Shown: piece by piece, positions 57,230-64,000 of the stretch
Layout: the number at the start of each line of letters is the position of its first letter
Position numbering within the stretch: the stretch's first letter is position 1
NCBI GenBank assembly: GCA_039587755.1
Contig: JBDHBD010000012.1
Span: 12,030 to 76,029 of the forward strand
From: Gemmatimonadota bacterium
Lineage (GTDB): Bacteria > Gemmatimonadota > Gemmatimonadetes > Palauibacterales > Palauibacteraceae
Length of the DNA: 64,000 nucleotides
Direction of reading: 5' to 3'
Notes under the pieces: generated by a model
Database searches by the model: none
What the model was told of the DNA's origin: nothing
What the model saw: only the letters and a program-made list of their open reading frames with translations
Translations under genes and position numbers: made by a program

Positions 57230-59083
57230 GTGATTGCACGTGGCCTGCGTGTCTCGACCCTGTTCGGGGCGACCCTGCGCGAGGCGCCGACCGAAGTCGA
57301 CATCGCGTCGCATCGTCTGTTGCTTCGCGCCGGGTACGTACGTCAGCTGGCAGCCGGCATCTTCTCGTACCTGCCGCTGGCGCAGCGCTCGATTCACAAG
57401 ATCGACACGATCCTCCGCGAGGAAATGGATCGAATCGGCGGGCAGGAAGTGAACATGCCTGTGGTTCATCCGGCGGAAATCTGGCAGGCGTCCGGGCGCT
57501 GGTACGAGATCGACGACACGATGGCCCGTTTCCGTGACCGACGGGGTCGGGACATGGTATTGGCGATGACGCACGAGGAGGTGGTCGCGCAACTCGCCAG
57601 CACCGAGGTTCGGTCGTATCGACAGCTCCCGATGCTCGTCTACCACCTGCAAACCAAGTTCCGGGACGAGCCTCGTGCGCGTGGAGGTCTGATTCGGGTG
57701 CGCGAGTTCGTGATGAAGGACTCCTATTCGCTGGACCGCGACCCGGAGGGCCTCGCGGTTCAGTACGACGCACACTACGAGGCGTATCTGCGCATCGGCG
57801 CGCGGTGCGGCCTCGCGTTGGTGCCGGTTCAGAGCGATGTAGGGATGATGGGCGGACAGCTTGCGCACGAGTTCATGTACGTCGCGCCGATCGGTGAGGA
57901 TAGCCTCGTGCTGTGCCCCGAGTGCGGGTATGCCGCCAACCGGGATGTGGCTGAGTTCGAGAAGGTGCCGGCGAGCGAAGAGGCGGCCGCCGACCTGGAG
58001 CGGGTCCACACACCGGGCACGAAGACGATCGCCGAGCTCGCCGATTTGCTCGAGGTCGAGCCGTCGCGGACGGGAAAGATCGTCTTCTACATCGGCACGT
58101 TCGCGGAGGACGAGAGCGAGCGCGGACCCCCGGGGGCTCGGTCAGCGGCAGGGCCGGAGGAGACCGCGCAACGCGGGAGCGAAGAGCTGATCGTCGCAAT
58201 CGTACGCGGCGACATGGAGGCCAACCCCGTCCGGATCCAGAACCTCGCCAAAGCGATCGAGCTGCGTCCTGCCCGCGACGACGAGATCGAAGCGGCCGGC
58301 ATGGTCCCCGGTTACGCCTCGCCGATCGGGATCGACCGCGAAGGCGCGATCGTGATCGTGGACGACCTCGTCACGCGCTCCCCCAACCTGGTCCTGGGGG
58401 CAAATGAGGTCGACTACCACGTCCTGAACACGAACTACGGGCGTGACTACGAGGCGGATGTCGTGGGACCCGTCGCGGCGGCCTACGAGGGAGCACCGTG
58501 TCAGACTTGCGGTACCCCGCTCGACCTCGTCCGCGGCGTCGAGGTCGGCAACATCTTCCAGCTCGGCACCCGCTACTCGGAGACGCTGGGCGCCTTCTAC
58601 ACCGACGAGAACGACGAGGAGCAACCGATCGTCCTCGGATCGTACGGTATCGGGGTGGGCCGGTTGCTTGCCTGCGTGGCCGAGGAATACCGGGACGAGG
58701 ACGGACTCGCGCTACCGGTCTCGGTCGCCCCGTTCCAGGTGAGCCTCGTGTCGCTGGCACGCGAGGAGGAGACGGCGGCTGTGGCGGATCGCCTGTTCGA
58801 GACCCTCCAGGAGGCCGGCGTCGAAGTGCTCTACGACGATCGCGATGACGCGAGCCCGGGGGTGAAGCTGACGGAGTCCGATCTCAGAGGCCTGCCGATT
58901 CGCGTGTTGGTCTCGGAGCGTTCCTTGAAGAGCGGCGGTGTCGAGCTCAAGCGGAGACAGGCGGAGGACGGCCGAATCGTGGCGGTGGAGGCTCTCATCG
59001 AAACTGTTCAGGGCGAAATCAGCGCGCTCGAAGCCGAGCTTGCGGGATTACTGGACCGGGTGGTCGTGCCGCGACCATCCTGA
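57230..59083 (+). CDS. proS: Proline--tRNA ligase (bacterial type with editing insertion)
   Basis: LLRAGYVRQLAAGIFSYLPLAQRSIHKIDTILREEMDRIGGQEVNMPVVHPAEIWQASGRW and FRDEPRARGGLIRVREFVMKDSYS (class II motif 2), with the anticodon-binding C-terminus. The start is GTG. Confidence 0.95.
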   Translation: MIARGLRVSTLFGATLREAPTEVDIASHRLLLRAGYVRQLAAGIFSYLPLAQRSIHKIDTILREEMDRIGGQEVNMPVVHPAEIWQASGRWYEIDDTMARFRDRRGRDMVLAMTHEEVVAQLASTEVRSYRQLPMLVYHLQTKFRDEPRARGGLIRVREFVMKDSYSLDRDPEGLAVQYDAHYEAYLRIGARCGLALVPVQSDVGMMGGQLAHEFMYVAPIGEDSLVLCPECGYAANRDVAEFEKVPASEEAAADLERVHTPGTKTIAELADLLEVEPSRTGKIVFYIGTFAEDESERGPPGARSAAGPEETAQRGSEELIVAIVRGDMEANPVRIQNLAKAIELRPARDDEIEAAGMVPGYASPIGIDREGAIVIVDDLVTRSPNLVLGANEVDYHVLNTNYGRDYEADVVGPVAAAYEGAPCQTCGTPLDLVRGVEVGNIFQLGTRYSETLGAFYTDENDEEQPIVLGSYGIGVGRLLACVAEEYRDEDGLALPVSVAPFQVSLVSLAREEETAAVADRLFETLQEAGVEVLYDDRDDASPGVKLTESDLRGLPIRVLVSERSLKSGGVELKRRQAEDGRIVAVEALIETVQGEISALEAELAGLLDRVVVPRPS

Positions 59084-59194
59084 GGGGAGCGACCCGGTCC
59101 ACCGGGACATCACGGCTGCCGCAACGCGAGCGGGACCGCCCGGGTGGAACGGCCCCGCCATAACGACTCTTGCTGGAACGGCCCGCTCGAGTAC

Positions 59195-59443
59195 TCAGGC
59201 CTTCATCTTCCGGTAGATGAACAGCAGCAGCAGCGCGCCGACCACGGCAATCAGAAAGCTTCCGATGTTGAAGCCGCTCACCGAGCCGATCCCCACCAGC
59301 GAGGCGAGGAAGCCGCCCACCAGCGCGCCCGCGATTCCGAGGATCATCGTGATGAAGATGCCGCCCGGATCCTTCCCCGGCATGATCCACTTGGCAAGAG
59401 CACCGGCGATCAGCCCGAACAGCGCCCAGGAAAGAATGCCCAT
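59195..59443 (-). CDS. GlsB/YeaQ/YmgE-family (transglycosylase-associated) small membrane protein
   Basis: MGILSWALFGLIAGALAKWIMPGKDPGGIFITMILGIAGALVGGFLASLVG is diagnostic. Confidence 0.85.
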   Translation of the reverse strand: MGILSWALFGLIAGALAKWIMPGKDPGGIFITMILGIAGALVGGFLASLVGIGSVSGFNIGSFLIAVVGALLLLFIYRKMKA

Positions 59444-59731
59444 TGTCCAGCCTCCCTCGTGAGGTAGTTCCATCTGGCTCCGACGCTCGGCAGCTGGAGC
59501 TCGGGATCCGCCGTGTCGGATGCTCTCACATACTACGGAGTCGTAGGCCGGTTGGCTTCACCGGAAGTGGCGGAAGCCCAAAATGTAACGGCTTCGTATG
59601 AGGCGCCTCTGCAAGCTTGCGCGCAGCAGAGTCCGGCCTTTCTTTAGCGATTCGGAGTTCGACGAGTTGCGTGCCGACCGCAGCGCACAGGCCAGGGTCG
59701 GCGGAACAAGCCCGAGCGGATCGGAGTTGGT

Positions 59732-60220
59732 GTGAAGACGCTGCTCATTCTTCGTCACGCGAAATCGAGTTGGAAGGATCCAGGTCTGCGTGACCACGAG
59801 CGGCCGCTGAACGGGCGCGGTCGCAGAGACGCGCCGCGGATGGGCGTACGGATCTGCGAAGAGGAGCTGTCCCCTGGTCTGATAGTCTCCTCCACGGCGG
59901 CGCGCGCGCGCCAGACCGCGGAGCTGGTCGGCGAAACGTGTGGTTACACGGGCTCGATCGCCCTCGCTCCCGGGCTCTATTTCGGTTCTCCCGGGGCCTA
60001 CCTGGAGGCGACCCACGACGTCCCATCCGAGGTCGAAACGCTACTGGTGGTGGGGCACAATCCCGGGATTCAAGAGCTCGTGTGGATGCTGAGCGGTCGA
60101 GAGGAACGGATGCCGACCGCTGCCCTCGCGACGATCGAGTTCGACATCGACTCGTGGCAGAACCTCGGAACCGAGGCCGGGGAGCTGATCAGCGTGTGGA
60201 GGCCGAAAGAGATCTTCTAG
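59732..60220 (+). CDS. Histidine phosphatase family protein (SixA-like)
   Basis: LLILRHAKSSW (RHG catalytic motif) ...LVVGHNPG. Confidence 0.8.
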   Translation: MKTLLILRHAKSSWKDPGLRDHERPLNGRGRRDAPRMGVRICEEELSPGLIVSSTAARARQTAELVGETCGYTGSIALAPGLYFGSPGAYLEATHDVPSEVETLLVVGHNPGIQELVWMLSGREERMPTAALATIEFDIDSWQNLGTEAGELISVWRPKEIF

Positions 60221-61197
60221 TTTGGGGCGAACAGCTCGCGGAAGCGATCCCGGTTCCTGGCGCTTTCGAAGCGCTCGAAGTGGCTTTCGATCTGCTTCCG
60301 CTCCTGCTCCTGTGCAGCCTCCAGTGCGGTCTCCAGCAGTGCAAGCGGCGCCGTCGGCGCCGGGTCTGCCTCCTCCCTCTTCATTTCCGCTGCGAGCTCA
60401 GACAAGAGCTCGCGCTGAACCGAGTAGTCATTGAAGTCGCCGAGGTGGTCCTGGAGCATCTTCAGGGCCGCGATCGAAGACTCGATCGCATCGGGCCCGT
60501 ACAGGCCACCGAAGAATTCCAACAAGTAGCGCAGCTTCTTACAGCGGATTCGGAGTCTGTGAAGCTCCTCGGGAAACGACGCCGTACCCACGCACCGACC
60601 CTGGCTCACTACCTTTCGATACGCTCGCCATATGCGCTTCGACGCGACCTGACGGATTGGGCGATTCGCCACCGAGCCGAACGTACCGCCTGCGGGAGGA
60701 GGCGACAGGAATTCCGCCCAGTCTTCGATCAACTCGGCATACCGCGTGGAGCGCAGCACCCGAGCCAGCTCGCCGCACTCTCGTTGTCTGTGGCGGCGAA
60801 GTCGGCTCTCGAACGGCTCCAGATCCTGACGCGTCTGCTGCGGAAGGGAGCTTATGAAACGGGGTAGCTTCTCGATCCAGACGTCCAGATCCCGCACCGG
60901 TCCCGTTCTGAGACCCAGCCATTTGAAATCCTTACGGAAGCGACTCGTCCCACCCTCTGGCAGCGCACCACCGAGCTGACCGAGCAATGTGCGCGTGCGT
61001 CGAACGGCCACTCGAAAATCGTGCAGGTGTTCCGGATCCTCTCCAACCAGGACGCCGCTCTCGTTCGCCCGTATCGTTGCCAGCAGCCACCGAAGCACGA
61101 CCCGAACCGCTTCTCCGGTCGAAAGCGCTGCATCCAGCCGGGGTCGCCGCTTGCCCGACTCGGCAGGCTGCATGATGGTCTTCGATTCGATGGACAT
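60217..61197 (-). CDS. CHAD-domain protein
   Basis: Helical protein with DPEHLHDFRVAVRRTRTLL and LRIRCKKLRYLLEFF, which are the conserved CHAD histidine/arginine motifs. Confidence 0.75.
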   Translation of the reverse strand: MSIESKTIMQPAESGKRRPRLDAALSTGEAVRVVLRWLLATIRANESGVLVGEDPEHLHDFRVAVRRTRTLLGQLGGALPEGGTSRFRKDFKWLGLRTGPVRDLDVWIEKLPRFISSLPQQTRQDLEPFESRLRRHRQRECGELARVLRSTRYAELIEDWAEFLSPPPAGGTFGSVANRPIRQVASKRIWRAYRKVVSQGRCVGTASFPEELHRLRIRCKKLRYLLEFFGGLYGPDAIESSIAALKMLQDHLGDFNDYSVQRELLSELAAEMKREEADPAPTAPLALLETALEAAQEQERKQIESHFERFESARNRDRFRELFAPN

Positions 61198-61330
61198 AGG
61201 GCCCTCATCCCACCCCGGGGTGACTAGAGTTGTTCCGCGGCCTGAAACGCGATACCTCTAGCGCGAACGTTCGTGTGACGGGGATCGACGGTGCGGCGGC
61301 CGCGAGGCTGGCACCTGTCTACCGCAGGAA

Positions 61331-62107
61331 GTGTGGAGGTGCGGCTGCGTGGATGGTTTGCCGAGCTATCTGATATTGTTCGGCGTCGGCAGTGTCGCCG
61401 GGGCGTTGAACGTCATCGCGGGCGGCGGATCGCTACTCACTCTCCCCGTGATGATCTTTCTCGGTCTTCCTCCTACGGTGGCGAACGGGACCAATCGCGT
61501 GGCGATTCTGGCCCAGAACATCGGCGCCGTGTATTCGTTTCATCGGCACCATGTGATCGACTGGCGCTGGCTGCGTCTGGCGGCCGTTCCCGCGGTACTC
61601 GGCGCGCTGGCCGGTGCCTGGGCGGCCGTCGAGATCGGCGACGACGCGTTCCGACGGACGTTGGCCGTCATCATGGTCCTCGTCACCGTGTGGACCCTGT
61701 GGGACCCGCTGAAAAGCCGTCCCGTCGGGGATGACCTCAGGGGCACGGAATCCCACCTCGGGCGGATCGGCCTGGTCCTCGCGTTCTTCGTCGTCGGCAT
61801 CTACGGAGGCTTCGTTCAGGCCGGAGTCGGTTTTCTGATCCTTGCTGCGGTCACGACCGCGGGCCTCAACGTTGTGCGAGGCAACGCGCTCAAGGTGCTG
61901 GTCGTCCTCTCGTTCACACCACTGGCGCTCGCGTACTTCGCACTCAACGACCGAGTGGCCTGGGGTATGGGAGTCGCTCTCGCCGCCGGGAACCTGTTGG
62001 GCGGGCTGCTTGGTGTGCGTCTCACCGTCTTGAAGGGTCACACCTGGATCAAACGCGTGGTGACGGTCACCGTCATCGCCTTCGCCATCCGGCTGTGGTG
62101 GGGGTAG
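61331..62107 (+). CDS. TauE/SafE-family sulfite/anion exporter
   Basis: Two repeated 4-TM halves with AGGGSLLTLPVMIFLGLPPTVANGTNRVAIL and a second FVQAGVGFLILAAV half. The start may be downstream. Confidence 0.75.
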   Translation: MWRCGCVDGLPSYLILFGVGSVAGALNVIAGGGSLLTLPVMIFLGLPPTVANGTNRVAILAQNIGAVYSFHRHHVIDWRWLRLAAVPAVLGALAGAWAAVEIGDDAFRRTLAVIMVLVTVWTLWDPLKSRPVGDDLRGTESHLGRIGLVLAFFVVGIYGGFVQAGVGFLILAAVTTAGLNVVRGNALKVLVVLSFTPLALAYFALNDRVAWGMGVALAAGNLLGGLLGVRLTVLKGHTWIKRVVTVTVIAFAIRLWWG

Positions 62108-62167
62108 AACCGCGACGTGAAGACCTGTTAACTCGAATCCTCTTCAGGGATGGACGGGAGATCTTGA

Positions 62168-62995
62168 ATGTCGGAAGATAGAAAGGCCTGTGACTTCATC
62201 TGGTACGAGCTGCTCACCACGGACCCCGACGCGGCGGTCGACTTCTTCTCGAAGATCATCGGCTGGGGGACGCAAGTTTGGGAGGGCGGCGAGAGACCGT
62301 ATCGGATGTGGACGGTGGACGACGCTCCGGTGGCCGGCACGATGGAGTTGCCCGAGGACGCCCGCACAGGAGGAACGCCTCCTCACTGGCTCCCATACAT
62401 CCGGACACCCGACATCAAAGCCACGGTCGCCCGAGCGCGTGACCTCGCGGCCCAGGTCTACCTGGAGCCTATGACGATCACCGGCGTCGGACGAATCGCG
62501 GTCGTCGCCGATCCGCAAGGAGCGGTGTTCGCCCTGCATCAACCCGAGGCGGAGCCGCCTCCCACTCCCGAGGCCCCGGGCCCGGGTCTGTTCTCGTGGC
62601 ACGAACTCCTGACGACCGACCAGGAGGCTGCGTTCGACTTCTACCACGAGTTGTTCGGGTGGGCAAAAACCGACTCGATGGACATGGGCGACATGGGGCT
62701 CTACCAGATGTACGGGCTGGCCGGCGTGACCCTGGGCGGCATGTACAACAAGCCGCCGGACGTGCCGGGCCCCGCGCATTGGCTGCTCTACATCACGGTC
62801 GAGGACGTTCACACCGCGGCCGAAACAGTGAAAGAGCTGGGAGGCGAGGTGCTCCACGACCCCATGACGGTGCCCGGCGGAGATTGGGTCGCGCGGTGCC
62901 GCGATCCACAGGGTGCGGTGTTCGCCCTCCATTCGGCGGCGACTGGCGGGGGTGAAGGGGCGAACGAAGGATCCGAAGGGAGCTTGGAAGGGTGA
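62168..62995 (+). CDS. Two-domain VOC (glyoxalase/bleomycin-resistance fold) protein
   Basis: Duplicated WYELLTTDPDAAVDFFSKIIGW and WHELLTTDQEAAFDFYHELFGW modules. Confidence 0.75.
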   Translation: MSEDRKACDFIWYELLTTDPDAAVDFFSKIIGWGTQVWEGGERPYRMWTVDDAPVAGTMELPEDARTGGTPPHWLPYIRTPDIKATVARARDLAAQVYLEPMTITGVGRIAVVADPQGAVFALHQPEAEPPPTPEAPGPGLFSWHELLTTDQEAAFDFYHELFGWAKTDSMDMGDMGLYQMYGLAGVTLGGMYNKPPDVPGPAHWLLYITVEDVHTAAETVKELGGEVLHDPMTVPGGDWVARCRDPQGAVFALHSAATGGGEGANEGSEGSLEG

Positions 62996-64000
62996 GGCGG
63001 GATTCGAGCTACCCCCGCGTGCGGACGATCGCTCTGCTGGCCTGGATAGGTACCGGCTCGCTCGGCGCTCAGGAGCCAGAGGCGTGGGGCGAGACGCTGT
63101 ACTTCCACACATTCTCGATCGCGGCGGTCGACCCGGAGACTGGCGAAGCCGGCGTGGCCGTCACCACACGCGTGCCGTGCGTGGGGAACGGTGTGCCGTG
63201 GGTGCGCGCCGGCGTTGGAGCCGTCGCGACCCAGGCATGGACCCGCGTCGAGTACGGAACTGAGCTGCTCAACATGCTCGCCGAGGGCCTGCGGCCGCCG
63301 GAGGCACTCGAGCGCGCGTTAGCAGCGGATACGGGATCGGCCCGCCGACAGGTGGGCGTGGTTGGGATCGACGGAAGCACCGCGCAGCACACGGGTGATG
63401 GGACAGATGACTGGAAGGGCCATCGAGCCGGTCTGAATTACGCCGTCCAGGGCAACTTGCTCGTCGGGCCGGGCGTGGTCGACGCCGTCGCGGCGGCTTT
63501 TAAGAACAGCGCCGGCTCGCCGCGCCATCTGGCCGATCGTCTCATTGCCGCCCTGGCGGCCGGACAGGCGGCCGGCGGCGACGCGCGGAAGGGGCGGCTG
63601 CAGTCGGCTGCGGTGCTCGTGGCCGACCCACGCCCCGGCCGATCGAGACGTCCCGACGGCGTGACCGTGAGCCTGAACGTGTGCGAACATTCGACGCCCG
63701 TCGCCGAACTGCGGCGATTGTACGACGCGATTTCGGGCACGCTGGGCTATCGAACGCTGGAGCTTTTTTCCGGGCGTGACGTGCTGCAGCTCAAGGTGAT
63801 CCTCCACGCCCTCGGATACTTCCGCTCCGAAGAGGAAGCTCTCGTGCGAAGCCGGGAAGTCTTTGTGTTCGACGAAGAAGCGATCGCGGCGGTGGATGCC
63901 TTCCGCGGCGACCACGGGCTATCCACGCCCGAGGTCGGTTCGCCATCCGGGCTGGTCGACACCGAGCTGGTCGAGATTCTGTGGAGGGAGCTGGAGAGGG
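62992..64000 (+). CDS. DUF1028 (Ntn-hydrolase-like) protein with a C-terminal peptidoglycan-binding domain; partial, running off the window end
   Basis: The GTG at 62992 overlaps the previous stop. FSIAAVDPETGEAGVAVTTRVPCVGNGVPWVRAGVGAVATQA is a DUF1028 N-terminus. LQLKVILHALGYF...FDEEAIAAVDAFRGDHGL is a PG_binding_1-like repeat. No stop lies in the window. Confidence 0.65.
   Translation, partial: MRRDSSYPRVRTIALLAWIGTGSLGAQEPEAWGETLYFHTFSIAAVDPETGEAGVAVTTRVPCVGNGVPWVRAGVGAVATQAWTRVEYGTELLNMLAEGLRPPEALERALAADTGSARRQVGVVGIDGSTAQHTGDGTDDWKGHRAGLNYAVQGNLLVGPGVVDAVAAAFKNSAGSPRHLADRLIAALAAGQAAGGDARKGRLQSAAVLVADPRPGRSRRPDGVTVSLNVCEHSTPVAELRRLYDAISGTLGYRTLELFSGRDVLQLKVILHALGYFRSEEEALVRSREVFVFDEEAIAAVDAFRGDHGLSTPEVGSPSGLVDTELVEILWRELER

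Overview
This window is 64 kb of high-GC bacterial chromosome with compact, frequently 4-bp-overlapping genes and many lipoprotein signal peptides. Together with the DUF4837 and CRTAC1/ASPIC families, this is compatible with a Gemmatimonadota-like organism, but that is only a guess. No CRISPR array, rRNA gene, transposase or integrase was seen. About 54 features are supported. They fall into these blocks, in coordinate order: (1) A partial secreted HExxH metalloprotease with BACON-like repeats, reading off the window start on the minus strand. (2) A GT2 glycosyltransferase, an ICMT-family methyltransferase and a small secreted protein in a mini-operon. (3) A large plus-strand catabolic operon (6154..17567): NCS2 permease, xanthine-dehydrogenase/CODH-family 2Fe-2S, molybdopterin and FAD subunits, NCS1 permease, class III CoA-transferase, cyclase, a frameshifted SRPBCC-like gene, and an amidase. 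Unusually, the molybdopterin subunit's C-terminus is fused in frame to a CoxG-like SRPBCC domain and a transmembrane helix. (4) A minus-strand operon (19903..24337) in which an XRE-HTH::Sfp-type phosphopantetheinyl transferase fusion is translationally coupled to FdrA (AllF-like) and DUF1116 (YlbE/AllG-like). It is flanked by a second XRE-HTH regulator carrying an uncharacterised C-terminal domain. (5) A TetR-controlled seven-gene TolC/HlyD/ABC-2 efflux operon with a perfect 12-bp palindromic operator upstream of the TetR gene. (6) Two convergent giant CRTAC1-like lipoproteins (FG-GAP repeats plus ASPIC/UnbV domains), a stand-alone tRNA-Ile(GAT), and a hyperacidic D/E/W-rich mini-protein. (7) A housekeeping block: dnaE, accA, a PSP1/RicT-like gene, metG, an M23 peptidase, a FadJ-like bifunctional enzyme and proS, followed by assorted small genes. 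The most interesting items are the CoxL::CoxG::TM fusion, the HTH::PPTase-FdrA-DUF1116 operon, and the uncharacterised N-heterocycle catabolic cluster. Every call rests on motif and family recognition by eye; no database search was possible.
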